DNA of 64,000 bases from a virus, in IMG/VR virus record IMGVR_UViG_3300031746_000001. One strand, written 5' to 3'. Made by a program: the position numbers and the translations under genes. The stretch's first letter is position 1; each line of letters opens with the position of its first letter. This document shows, piece by piece, positions 1 to 8,837 of the stretch. The notes beneath the pieces are model-generated. The model did no database searches, was not told the DNA's origin, and was given only the letters and a program-made list of their open reading frames with translations.

Positions 1-89
1 AATCACCAGGCGATATTTTCCTACCAAACGGAATGGAAAATTTTCTGTGACAGCTCGGGCATTTGACTAAAAACGTTTGCATACATAAT

Positions 90-119
90 ATGTTACACCA
101 TTCTCAAAGTAATTGTCAA
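90..119 (-). promoter_or_regulatory. sigma70-type promoter P1 (TTGACA-18-TAACAT) firing out of the window
   Basis: Minus strand reads aagcccTTGACA attactttgagaatggtg TAACAT; shares the AAGCCC pre-35 context and upstream AT tract with P2 and P4. Confidence 0.6.
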
Positions 120-307
120 GGGCTTGCCGGAAAATTCTTCGACGGCTCCTGAAGGCCGATCGCCCGAGCCTTCGTTACGCACGTCGGGCACGGTCTTTGC
201 TTCTGGACCTTCATGAGCAGGGCGTTGCCCTGTGGGTCTCCGGAAACCTCAAACGTCTCCGTGTGACCACAGGCATGCCGGACGGCCACGAACTTGACTC
301 TTCCCAT
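116..307 (-). CDS. small Zn-ribbon-like protein
   Basis: HACGH...CPTC; directly follows upstream gene. Confidence 0.55.
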   Translation of the reverse strand: MGRVKFVAVRHACGHTETFEVSGDPQGNALLMKVQKQRPCPTCVTKARAIGLQEPSKNFPASP

Positions 308-308
308 T

Positions 309-671
309 TCATCCTTTCGATGTTAGGCTTTCAAGAGTAGCCGGATCGACTCCCATCTGTATTAGCTGACGCTTCAGACGCCCCGCCCTCTCCCAGAGCC
401 TCCGCCGCTTTCTGAAGTCCTTATCGAGCTCCAACCGCACAGCGTTATAATCCCGATGATACTTCAGGTAGGCTTTCCACTTCTTCGGATCCCGGCGTCT
501 CCTAAGATGCCTCCTCCGGTTCATCTTCTTCGCCTTCTCCGGGTGAGCCTTCCACCAAAGTTTATCCCTCTCGTTGTCGGCATCCATCAAACAGCGGGTA
601 CTACAATACGCCTGAGCATTAGCCCGGGGCTCAAACCTCTTCCGGCACTTCTTCCACCTACAGACCTTCAC
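309..671 (-). CDS. Zn-finger, basic helical protein
   Basis: CxxxxC...YCSxxC followed by an Arg/Lys-rich helix; stop/start overlap with 668..1228. Confidence 0.6.
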   Translation of the reverse strand: MKVCRWKKCRKRFEPRANAQAYCSTRCLMDADNERDKLWWKAHPEKAKKMNRRRHLRRRRDPKKWKAYLKYHRDYNAVRLELDKDFRKRRRLWERAGRLKRQLIQMGVDPATLESLTSKG

Positions 672-1228
672 TCGGCCACCTTCTCTAAGATGCGCTCGAC
701 TTTATAACCCAGGACGGACCGGCAGACCTCAATGGCCTGAGAGAATACCTTCTTGGCATTCTCATCCTTCTGCGTCTGGACCTCCATCTTCTCCCCCAGG
801 TAAAAACTGGCGATCAGAAGGAAGCTCTCAACGGCGAGCTGGTAGGCGTCATCGTCGGTCGCCACGAACTCCATGCTCTGATGCTCCCGGGAAGGCTCGC
901 AGTCGACCGGAAGGATCGTCCGGGGAAAGCAGAACGCTTCCCAGGGATCGACGCCGACCTTCTTCTGCTCGGCTACGGCGACCCCTCCGTCCACTCCTCC
1001 ATCCCATCCCCCGACCATAATCTTCCGGGGCTTGCTCGTAAATTCGCACTGCCTCGAGAAGCAGACACCGTCCATCCCGATCTTGGCGTTCCCCACGCCA
1101 TGCTCTCCGGCGAGCTTCACGCCCTCCCCTGCAAGCCGGGGCATGAGCTTCCGGAAGTCCCCCGTGATACTGCCATAGGCTTTCATCCCGATCACCATAG
1201 GCCTTTCCCAGCGGGTGAGGTACTTCAT
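668..1228 (-). CDS. hypothetical phage protein
   Basis: ATGA overlap with HNH ORF; globular composition. Confidence 0.65.
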   Translation of the reverse strand: MKYLTRWERPMVIGMKAYGSITGDFRKLMPRLAGEGVKLAGEHGVGNAKIGMDGVCFSRQCEFTSKPRKIMVGGWDGGVDGGVAVAEQKKVGVDPWEAFCFPRTILPVDCEPSREHQSMEFVATDDDAYQLAVESFLLIASFYLGEKMEVQTQKDENAKKVFSQAIEVCRSVLGYKVERILEKVAE

Positions 1229-1821
1229 CGTCCCGCCCCCCCTTCTCGCACCCAGGGGGCTTTTCTGCCCTCCTGGGAGGCATCCAGGGAGGTATCCGGG
1301 CTACCCGGTATCCCCCTGGATGGCCATGTCGTCATTATTGCCTTCCAATCTCGAAGAACCTGTTGAGACGTTTCCATTCTTTTTGCCCTCATAGTATTTC
1401 CGTTGTTTATAGTTTGAAGGTCGAAAAAAATCTTCTGACCATTCGGCAAGACCTTCCAGACCTCTGCGCCCTTACGTATATTACATTTCAGGCAGAGAGG
1501 TTGAATATTTTCTATAAAGTTACTTCCATGCTTTATCAGTGGAATAATATGGTCTACCGTAAGTTTAATTTCTGGTTCACTCTCACCACAAACAGGACAA
1601 CGATAGCCATATATAACCTTCAATAACTTCCACTCTCTCAGAGTAAACGTTCCTTCGCTGGCATATTCCCGAGCCCTACGCGCCTGTTCATAAATCCTAA
1701 CTCTTTCGGGATTCTTCTCGCGCCACCTTCGGTGCCACTTATTAATCTTATCCCTATTTTCTCTAACCCACCTTCGGTCGCTTTCTTGGGTCTTATTAAG
1801 CGCGATGGTTCGTCCCCTCAT
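1225..1821 (-). CDS. HNH endonuclease
   Basis: CPVCG...TVDHIIP...GSNFIENIQPLCLKCNIRK; core is AT-rich relative to flanks. Confidence 0.85.
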   Translation of the reverse strand: MRGRTIALNKTQESDRRWVRENRDKINKWHRRWREKNPERVRIYEQARRAREYASEGTFTLREWKLLKVIYGYRCPVCGESEPEIKLTVDHIIPLIKHGSNFIENIQPLCLKCNIRKGAEVWKVLPNGQKIFFDLQTINNGNTMRAKRMETSQQVLRDWKAIMTTWPSRGIPGSPDTSLDASQEGRKAPWVREGGAGR

Positions 1822-2036
1822 AATGACGCCTTAAAGAAGCCCATGTGGGATTCCTGCTTCCGGCCACAGGCATCACAGACCCGAACCACGACCGCATGAG
1901 AAGCATCCTTCGCCCGTCGCACCTGAGCTAGCCTCAAGAAGCCCTGGCATTCCCGATCTTCCGCCCGAGACGACTCGCAACGCTCAAGAGGCTTGAACGT
2001 CTCCATCTTTTCAATCTGCTCTAACGTCACGTTCAT
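1818..2036 (-). CDS. small Cys-containing hypothetical protein
   Basis: AGGAGG SD upstream; CDAC motif. Confidence 0.6.
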   Translation of the reverse strand: MNVTLEQIEKMETFKPLERCESSRAEDRECQGFLRLAQVRRAKDASHAVVVRVCDACGRKQESHMGFFKASL

Positions 2037-2046
2037 CGTATCCTCC

Positions 2047-2376
2047 TTATGATTCCTGCGTGGGGAGTGCTTCAGCTGATACGGAACCGTCGCCGGGCAC
2101 GGCAGTCCCTTCTCGGCAGTCGTCAGCTCCCCACGATATCATCGAGCGCGACGTCCGGGGCTTACTCCCCACTTGCCAGCAGAGATAATCCCGACTTGTT
2201 CGCACCGCCCGCATGACGGCGCCGCGCCCTTCATAATTCCAGGCAGGGAGGGAATTTTGGGAATCCCATTCGTTAATTTTGGACTCCCGTTTCAATTTAA
2301 GTACCTGCTCGCCCTTTACGACAGCGGAGTTAAACCGCTCTGGGGTCACCACAGGCCCCTCCTTGCCTAACATCAT
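2047..2376 (-). CDS. hypothetical protein
   Basis: ATG overlaps upstream stop. Confidence 0.5.
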   Translation of the reverse strand: MMLGKEGPVVTPERFNSAVVKGEQVLKLKRESKINEWDSQNSLPAWNYEGRGAVMRAVRTSRDYLCWQVGSKPRTSRSMISWGADDCREGTAVPGDGSVSAEALPTQES

Positions 2377-2597
2377 TTCAATGAGTATCCCCAGCAGATC
2401 GTCTTGCCGACCCTCCCGCAGACCGAGCACGTGTCGGTCGACGGAAATGCTCTAAGGGGCTTCCCGACGATATCCGTCTCGTAGTCCTTGCTCCACTGGT
2501 GGAGGTTAGAACACTGATAAGTTACTTCGAGCCGCCTCTTCGTAAGCTCAACTCTTTCATGAGCTTTATGTCTGCTGGCGCCAGCAGTCGGGCTCAA
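2373..2597 (-). CDS. Zn-ribbon protein (TTG start inferred)
   Basis: YQCSNLH...CSVCG; TTG overlaps stop of the clamp-like gene. Confidence 0.5.
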   Translation of the reverse strand: MSPTAGASRHKAHERVELTKRRLEVTYQCSNLHQWSKDYETDIVGKPLRAFPSTDTCSVCGRVGKTICWGYSLK

Positions 2598-3259
2598 ATT
2601 GGGTCCGATCCCGGCACCCGGACCGGCATCAAGATGCACAGTGCATCGATGGCGTCGTTCTTCCTCACTCCGGACGGAAGCAAGGTCACCTGAGTAAGAG
2701 ACGACGAGTTGTCTACGCAAAGCTTAATGTTGTCGGACCCGATGTGCTGGCACATCTCCATCAGATACTTGGCGTTGAAACAGACGGAGACAGGAATGGT
2801 CTTGGCCTTCGCCGTGATATCGGCGACGCTCGGATAGGCAGGCTCGTAGGCCAGGGGAACCTGCAGGGAACGTCCGTTCATCGAGATGCTGAGGCTCGGC
2901 TTCCGCTCCTTCAGGTCCACATCGGGATCCCCCAGGTTGAAGGTGATATCCGCAGACTCCAACCCGACGACGGAACGCTCGAGAAAGTCCACGATCCTGA
3001 TGGCGTCCCGGTAGTTCAAAAGAACCTCCGGCATCTCCTCGCCCTCCACGCCAACCTTGACGAGGTCGAGCTCTAAGGAAACGAACTGGTGGCCGTTGGT
3101 CGCCACGAAGCCGATCTTATCCTTCGCTCCCCTGATCCGGATGCTCTTCAGGTTGTCCCGGCCCGTGTCGGGATCCCGTATCGTGGCGTAGGTCGTCATC
3201 CCGAGAACGTCCTTCAGGATTCCCTTCCACATCGACATCTTAACTAATCTGTCTGGCAT
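2594..3259 (-). CDS. DNA polymerase III beta-clamp-like protein (two domains only)
   Basis: FVATNGHQ (ATDGHRL), YP linker, FNAKYL and terminal ILMPVR motifs typical of DnaN domains II-III. Confidence 0.75.
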   Translation of the reverse strand: MPDRLVKMSMWKGILKDVLGMTTYATIRDPDTGRDNLKSIRIRGAKDKIGFVATNGHQFVSLELDLVKVGVEGEEMPEVLLNYRDAIRIVDFLERSVVGLESADITFNLGDPDVDLKERKPSLSISMNGRSLQVPLAYEPAYPSVADITAKAKTIPVSVCFNAKYLMEMCQHIGSDNIKLCVDNSSSLTQVTLLPSGVRKNDAIDALCILMPVRVPGSDPI

Positions 3260-3279
3260 TGCTCCTCTCCCTTCTGTGA

Positions 3280-3537
3280 TTACACTTTAAGTGGACCAGC
3301 GCACTCCGGGCACTTCAGGACCGTGAGCCCGGCCTTAGACAGATCTCCGATCACGGTCTGATACCCGCAGTGACCGCATTCCACGATCCGGTTGGGCAAG
3401 AACCCCCGCATGGTTGGAGACGGCCCCAGAGGAACCTCCACGCCCACGGACGGAAAGCTCACCCACGAACTGCATCCACGAACTCCCCTTGAGTCACCGC
3501 TCGATCCCACGAAATAGTCACCAGCGTTCCACTCCAT
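3280..3537 (-). CDS. Zn-ribbon protein
   Basis: CGHCG...CPECA. Confidence 0.5.
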   Translation of the reverse strand: MEWNAGDYFVGSSGDSRGVRGCSSWVSFPSVGVEVPLGPSPTMRGFLPNRIVECGHCGYQTVIGDLSKAGLTVLKCPECAGPLKV

Positions 3538-3538
3538 C

Positions 3539-3898
3539 TCACAGCCCTCCCTGGACCCCAAACTTTTCCTCCTCTACAGCAGTCTCCCCGGCAATATCCT
3601 TCCATGTGAACCGATCCATCTTCAGGCATAAGTCGAATACCCCCATCGAGAAGTCCCTGGTCAAATTCATGACATTCGAGAACTGGTAGCCCGCCACGGC
3701 CCCGTCGAATCCGATCTCATGCAGGTAGGCCACCTGCTCCTCCCGAGAGAAGCCGTCATAGTTCCCGTTCGCGAAGATAAATGAGAGTCCGGGATGCCCG
3801 GCGCCGATGTCATACTCTTCGTAGGCCACGCCCCGGGTCCCTGCCGGACACCCGAGCATCCCTTCAACCTTCAAGGTCACCACAGACCCGACTCTCAT
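3539..3898 (-). CDS. SH3-like small protein with FGVxGxL C-terminal tail
   Basis: MRVGSVV...GTRGV beta pattern; ends EEEKFGVQGGL. Confidence 0.7.
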   Translation of the reverse strand: MRVGSVVTLKVEGMLGCPAGTRGVAYEEYDIGAGHPGLSFIFANGNYDGFSREEQVAYLHEIGFDGAVAGYQFSNVMNLTRDFSMGVFDLCLKMDRFTWKDIAGETAVEEEKFGVQGGL

Positions 3899-4086
3899 CT
3901 ACTCCTCACGACGACCGGATCGACCCGGTTCAATTCGATAAAGGTATTCAGATCGGCCATATCGAACATCGTCCTCCGGCCTGCCTTGACGTAGGCAATC
4001 TTCTTCAGGCAGACCCACTTGTAGAGGGTCTGCTTCTTGAGGCCGAGATACTCAGCGGCCTCCGAAACGTTCAGCAGTCTCTTCAT
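3895..4086 (-). CDS. excisionase-type (MerR/HTH_17) DNA-binding protein
   Basis: LLNVSEAAEYLGLKKQTLYKW...GRRTMF. Confidence 0.85.
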   Translation of the reverse strand: MKRLLNVSEAAEYLGLKKQTLYKWVCLKKIAYVKAGRRTMFDMADLNTFIELNRVDPVVVRSR

Positions 4087-4201
4087 ATCAGCGTGGCGCG
4101 GTGGGTTGGGCGATCAGCCCCAAGCCTTCGTTCATCCAACCCGCTTAGGCAGGAGGGGAGAAACGGGTCCCTCCACGCCAGATCGCGCTCGCCACGCTGA
4201 A

Positions 4202-4414
4202 TCATTTCACTATGCCGTTGCACACCCCAGACCCGTCCGGTTTTCTGTGAGCCCACACCCGGCCACGCTTCTGCTCGGCCTGCCCTCCGCACTTCGGGCA
4301 CACGACCCGGACGGGAGCCACGGGCGCTGGCCTTCCGAAGAACCGCCTCTGCATCCAGGAGTTCATCCCCCGGCTGATCCGCTGGAGCTCGGCCCGATTC
4401 TGATCCGTAATCAT
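4202..4414 (-). CDS. small Zn-ribbon protein
   Basis: VCPKCG...HRKPDGSGVC. Confidence 0.5.
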   Translation of the reverse strand: MITDQNRAELQRISRGMNSWMQRRFFGRPAPVAPVRVVCPKCGGQAEQKRGRVWAHRKPDGSGVCNGIVK

Positions 4415-5247
4415 CACGCCCTCTTCCCGTTCGGGGGAACGACTTCCACCTTCAAGGTCTTGGGAACGCTGTTCGTGAAGCCTCCCTGGTGGTCTACGAA
4501 TATCCCGGTCGTGGTCGGACGCTGTTCCTTGACCACGACCTTCGTCCCCCACTCCGTCCGGCAGACCGTCTCCGGCTCGAGCGTCCCGATCTCCGGGCCT
4601 TCAAAGGACGGCTTGATTATCTTGACCTGCACTTGAGGAGACTTGACCGGCGCGTCATCTGCCGGGGCAGTTCCAGGACAGACCTCTGCGGCTGGAACTT
4701 CAGCCTCCTGCGCCTCTCCCTGCGTCTGCGGGGCAACGGACTTCAGCGGGGCATCTCCATCGGGGGGCTCCGCAGACTCCGGCCCTGCATCACGACGGGA
4801 GCTTTCGGATTGACCCCCGCCGCTGGATCCCCCCTTTAGAACTCTCCACACCTTCCCCCTCGAGACCCCGAGCTCGTTGGCGATCTGCAAGTGGGTCTTC
4901 CCGTCGTCCCTGAGCTGAACGATCCGGGCGGCCACACCCGAAACAGGAACGGTCGCCTCGGGCTCCGAGACCGGCTCGCCCGCAGGGACAGACTTCTCCT
5001 CTGCTGGCGCCTTCGGCTTCTGGACCTCCGTAGCGACCTTCTTTTTCTTCTCCCCCGGCTTGTCGTCGACGAACATCTCGAGGGGAGAGACTTCGTCCAT
5101 CCGCTTCCAAACCCTGGCTCCCCTGCCCGTCCCCTTCAGAAGCCTGACCTGATAGGGCTTGGATAGCTTCGGCATGACCTTCACGATCCTGGCCTTCTTC
5201 TTGTTGACCAGAACGAGGTCACCCTCACTGAACAGTTTCCGTTCCAC
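4414..5247 (-). CDS. SH3-like + HTH protein with low-complexity linkers
   Basis: FSEGDLVLV N-terminus; LQIANELGVSRGKVWRVLK HTH; GTG start inferred. Confidence 0.7.
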   Translation of the reverse strand: MERKLFSEGDLVLVNKKKARIVKVMPKLSKPYQVRLLKGTGRGARVWKRMDEVSPLEMFVDDKPGEKKKKVATEVQKPKAPAEEKSVPAGEPVSEPEATVPVSGVAARIVQLRDDGKTHLQIANELGVSRGKVWRVLKGGSSGGGQSESSRRDAGPESAEPPDGDAPLKSVAPQTQGEAQEAEVPAAEVCPGTAPADDAPVKSPQVQVKIIKPSFEGPEIGTLEPETVCRTEWGTKVVVKEQRPTTTGIFVDHQGGFTNSVPKTLKVEVVPPNGKRA

Positions 5248-5851
5248 TCTCCGCTCCTCTCTCTTGGGGTAGTTCATACTTCCTATTCCAAGCCGCCTCC
5301 CGTTTCTTTGCGGCATCCTCTAACTGCACTCCAATCTGCAGGATGAGCTCATCGATTTCCTTCCGGTCGTTCTGGATCCAACTGAGAGTCTCATCGACCC
5401 GGGATGTCGCCCGTCTTTCTTCAATCCGATACTTCCAGATCGTCCTCCGAACCCTACCCGGACGGGGCCGACTGAAGTCCTCCCCCACCTGATGCCCCCG
5501 GATGTGATCGAACTCGTGAAGCATCGTCTTGAACATGACCTCAGCCGACTGCAGAGGGTCGGCTCCCTGATACTCCTTCACCTTCAGCTCGACCCAGCCC
5601 CCGTTCGTCGGGATCCACGTGATCGGGTAGCTCGGGGTCGGCCTTCCCTGCTTGTCCTTCTTCGTCCTCGGATCGAGGTGGTGAAGGTTGACGCCGATCG
5701 CTCCATATACACAGCTCTTGGTGAAGAGACCCCCTCGGGTTGCCTTCACCACAACCGATCCGTGACACCCCATGAGCTTCCCCGCAGACACCAGAAGGCT
5801 CCGCAGGGGCTCGTCGGGGATGCCGGATCGGTTGTAAAGTTTGATGGTCAT
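5225..5851 (-). CDS. putative zincin metallopeptidase
   Basis: HEFDH (HExxH); first gene after promoter P2, AAGGAG SD. Confidence 0.6.
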   Translation of the reverse strand: MTIKLYNRSGIPDEPLRSLLVSAGKLMGCHGSVVVKATRGGLFTKSCVYGAIGVNLHHLDPRTKKDKQGRPTPSYPITWIPTNGGWVELKVKEYQGADPLQSAEVMFKTMLHEFDHIRGHQVGEDFSRPRPGRVRRTIWKYRIEERRATSRVDETLSWIQNDRKEIDELILQIGVQLEDAAKKREAAWNRKYELPQERGAESGTETVQ

Positions 5852-5905
5852 GACGCTCTCCTTTACTTGGGGTTAAAAGAGATACCGCATCCTTACTACA
5901 CACCC

Positions 5906-5934
5906 ATTATACATTATCCGAAAGTAACAGTCAA
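5906..5934 (-). promoter_or_regulatory. sigma70 promoter P2 (TTGACT-17-TATAAT)
   Basis: Near-consensus hexamers, 17-bp spacer, AT-rich UP-like tract. Confidence 0.85.
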
Positions 5935-5963
5935 GGGCTTTGAAGGAAAATCTTAAAATTCTT

Positions 5964-6191
5964 TTAGCCGCCCGGACGGTCCTTGTGCTCGACCACCTCT
6001 TCAGCCCCGCAGACGTCCTTGAGCCACTGCGAAGCCTCTTCCTGCGTGGCAAACTTCCCCCAGCCCACTTCCTCTCCCGCATCCCCGATCTGGCTCCCGT
6101 CCCAGGGCTTGTCTCCCCGCAGGAGATGCACCCGGCCAACGCAACGTCCTTCGTAGAAGCCCTCCAACAGAATGACCTGTCGATCATCCAT
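5964..6191 (-). CDS. hypothetical protein
   Basis: GAGGAGG SD before MDDRQ. Confidence 0.5.
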   Translation of the reverse strand: MDDRQVILLEGFYEGRCVGRVHLLRGDKPWDGSQIGDAGEEVGWGKFATQEEASQWLKDVCGAEEVVEHKDRPGG

Positions 6192-6939
6192 CTTGTCCTC
6201 CTCTCGCCTTCTTGCATCCTGGCCAGTGAAAACTCTCTTCACCGACCGCCATGTCCGTGAAATACCACGTCCCGTTCTTCCCCCTGCAGAAGTCAAAGCT
6301 CCAGTAGCCCTTCCCCATCGCCACCCCGAGACGCCGGGCGTATTCCTTGAGCTTCTTCAGCTCCTTCAATCCGATTTTCTGCATCTCATCGAGAATCTTC
6401 TCCCAGAGTTCGGGGGGACGGTCCGGATGGAGATCGAACTCATCTTCCGGAAGGACTGGCCGTTCAATAGACTCCGGAGGCCAGTAGGGATGCTCGCATA
6501 CTACCCTCGTCCCGTTCACGAACAGCCTCCGCTCCACTGCGATCGGCATCTCCCCCCAGAAGGCCGTGAACCTGGCATCGAGATCCAAGAACTTCCGGAT
6601 AGCCACGCCCTCAAAGGAGACGTCGACCGCAAGGCTGAAGTCGAGAAGTTTAAAGATACGAGCGGGGATCTGTTCGATGCTCTCCACATAACAGCTCTTT
6701 TTCCACTCATGCTTGTTGCTGACCCTATCGCTCCGCAGGAAGAGCGGAAACCCTATCTCCGGAGCCCTCCTCTGGACCTCCCGGCGCAGAGCGTCGAAGG
6801 TCTTGTTCTTTCCCCCGTCGAGGGCCTTGATAATACCCCTCGGGTCCCGGCAGGGAATTAAAATCGTCTTGGGCATGGGGATCGATAGCTCCTCGACCCG
6901 GGGCCACCAGTAGAGCATGCTGTTGGGATTACTGCTCAC
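6184..6939 (-). CDS. ATP-grasp fold protein
   Basis: PMPKT, FPLFLRSD...KH, ERRLFV, WSFDF...WYFTD motifs. Confidence 0.65.
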   Translation of the reverse strand: MSSNPNSMLYWWPRVEELSIPMPKTILIPCRDPRGIIKALDGGKNKTFDALRREVQRRAPEIGFPLFLRSDRVSNKHEWKKSCYVESIEQIPARIFKLLDFSLAVDVSFEGVAIRKFLDLDARFTAFWGEMPIAVERRLFVNGTRVVCEHPYWPPESIERPVLPEDEFDLHPDRPPELWEKILDEMQKIGLKELKKLKEYARRLGVAMGKGYWSFDFCRGKNGTWYFTDMAVGEESFHWPGCKKARGGQDG

Positions 6940-7118
6940 TGCTTCGCCTTCGCCAACCCCTCGTCCTGCTCGCAGGAAATGCACTGCGTTCCCTGGCCTC
7001 CGGGGATGCACTCCTCCACGCACCCGGGCTGGTGGCAGACATAGCACTCCACAATCTGCTTGGTCGGTTCACCACACTGCGGACACTTCTTTTTCTCGAC
7101 TGCTTGCTCTTCGGCCAT
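6936..7118 (-). CDS. Cys-rich Zn-finger protein
   Basis: Four Cys pairs in 60 aa. Confidence 0.55.
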   Translation of the reverse strand: MAEEQAVEKKKCPQCGEPTKQIVECYVCHQPGCVEECIPGGQGTQCISCEQDEGLAKAKQ

Positions 7119-7133
7119 TGCTCCATCCTCCCC

Positions 7134-7460
7134 TTAGAAAATCTGCTCCGTTAAAAGCTTGGCGCCTTCCTTCCGGTAGTCATCGATGCTGACCACCTCC
7201 ACCTTACGACCTGCGATCGCCTTCTTCACTGCGTCCTCCGATCCCCACCAGCACTCGCATCCGTAGACGACCTTCCCGTCATCGAGCTTGATCTTGGGGT
7301 TCGTGTTGCCGGGACAGAGATCGATGTAACGACGCCCCAGCATGATCACTTCCTTCGGCGGGATCTCCTCCCCTTCATAGACCCCGTATCCGAAAAGGTA
7401 AACCGTCGTCTCGTCTGCCGAGGATACCGCTCCAACCCGCTCTCCAATCTTATGTCCCAC
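7134..7460 (-). CDS. conserved-looking phage hypothetical protein
   Basis: FGYGVY...NPKIKLDDG..VYGCECWWG. Confidence 0.7.
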   Translation of the reverse strand: MGHKIGERVGAVSSADETTVYLFGYGVYEGEEIPPKEVIMLGRRYIDLCPGNTNPKIKLDDGKVVYGCECWWGSEDAVKKAIAGRKVEVVSIDDYRKEGAKLLTEQIF

Positions 7461-7461
7461 T

Positions 7462-7917
7462 TCAAATTTCTCCTTCTACAGTGATCACTTCGGAACCCGA
7501 AGGGTCTATGGACGAGCACTTGAGTTCATAAATAGGTTCCTCCTTCACGCCCACCTGGACATACTGGCACTTCTCGCCCTTGAAAAATCCCAAGACCTTA
7601 ACATCCCCACAGTCCCAAGTCCGGCGTTTGATCTCAGCATAATCCTCCGGACGTTTGGTTTTCTGTCGATAGCCCTTCTGAGCCAAGAACCGAAGCAGTG
7701 GAGATATTTCCATCATGTGGTCAAGATCACAGTGAACAAGAATCCCGTTCACCTGCCCCCACATCCATCCCACACTGATCGACTGGATAAGGTCCGGAAA
7801 GACGAGCTTCGCCCCTAGCGCCACGTTCGCGGCGGGAACGAGCCCCTCGAGATAGGCAACCTTAGTCTTAACTATCTGTATTTCGGCCAGGATAAAATCC
7901 GGCGTCAAATTATGCAT
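7462..7917 (-). CDS. hypothetical protein
   Basis: Coupled ORF with lower GC. Confidence 0.6.
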   Translation of the reverse strand: MHNLTPDFILAEIQIVKTKVAYLEGLVPAANVALGAKLVFPDLIQSISVGWMWGQVNGILVHCDLDHMMEISPLLRFLAQKGYRQKTKRPEDYAEIKRRTWDCGDVKVLGFFKGEKCQYVQVGVKEEPIYELKCSSIDPSGSEVITVEGEI

Positions 7918-8215
7918 GGCTCATCCCAGCGGGGCACAGCCCCCCAAGAGACTTCGTCTTGGGAGGCTCCCCGGGTTTGAGATTGTGGTTCGGGCACGTG
8001 GGCTCCGGGCAGGGATAGTTCCCTTCCCACAGGATCGTCGTGCAGTAGGGGCAAAAATACAGGGCGACGGGAAGCCTCCCGAAAGTTATGTTGTCCCGGA
8101 AGTAATTCCGGGTCGCCTCCCCGCTCAGGGGATCGATCCCCTGCTTCTCAAAGAACTGCTTCCAGGTGATCACCTTCGGAAGTGCGGATACATCCTGGGT
8201 ATTAAAGTTAATCAC
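7910..8215 (-). CDS. Zn-binding hypothetical protein
   Basis: CPYC...CPEPTC; GAGGAGG SD. Confidence 0.55.
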   Translation of the reverse strand: MINFNTQDVSALPKVITWKQFFEKQGIDPLSGEATRNYFRDNITFGRLPVALYFCPYCTTILWEGNYPCPEPTCPNHNLKPGEPPKTKSLGGLCPAGMSHA

Positions 8216-8234
8216 TTCTCCCTCCTCTTATTTC

Positions 8235-8381
8235 TCATCCAAGCCTCCCTCTTCTTCGATCATTCTTCCCGAACACCACCACGCAGGACGGGAACGGAGC
8301 CCGCTTCCTCTTGTTGTCGTTGAAGCAGAGCCGGCCCTTGATAAACCTGATCTCCTGAGCCTTCATGACGTACCGATGCCA
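8235..8381 (-). pseudogene. displaced original 3-prime end of the Dam-type methyltransferase gene
   Basis: Translates WHRYVMKAQEIRFIKGRLCFNDNKRKRAPFPSCVVVFGK..., paralogous to the C-terminus of 8838..9248. Confidence 0.85.
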
Positions 8382-8815
8382 CGCTTTGCTTCCCTTAGCC
8401 TAAGATAAAACCGTCTCCTACGCAACACCAATTTTGGATCGGTTCTATTCCGACCACCTCGAGCCAAGGGAAGCTTCATAAAATTCAAAGCAATATCTGC
8501 CTCCTTCGCCTTCGTTCGTAAATATGGCCTTAAAATTAAAAGAACATTTTTTGCGTCTTGGCTCGAGCAAACCCATGACCATCCCGGATTCCATCTCTCA
8601 TTTCTCGGACTATACTTCCCAACATGACCCACTCCAAATTTCTTCCACGCATATTTAACCACTCGCTCATCACACATCGACAATTTAGTAATCAAGGAAT
8701 AAAGATCACTTACATGTCCTCCACGGCCATTAGATCTGTTAAAGCGAATATGTATACACCCCTCCCCGTCAAACAGACCAGCTAAATAAGCCTTTTCCAT
8801 CTCCGTCATTTTCAT
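8363..8815 (-). CDS. LAGLIDADG homing endonuclease (single motif)
   Basis: AYLAGLFDGEGCI; LRPYLRTK; AT-rich. Confidence 0.9.
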   Translation of the reverse strand: MKMTEMEKAYLAGLFDGEGCIHIRFNRSNGRGGHVSDLYSLITKLSMCDERVVKYAWKKFGVGHVGKYSPRNERWNPGWSWVCSSQDAKNVLLILRPYLRTKAKEADIALNFMKLPLARGGRNRTDPKLVLRRRRFYLRLREAKRGIGTS

Positions 8816-8837
8816 CTTTCCTTAGTTAGTGATGCCA

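Noticed and set aside
7462-7917. Sixth member of the FGV-tail family (ends VITVEGEI)
   Set aside because: It lacks FG, and the ending is explained by the overlapping GAAGGAG SD of the next gene.
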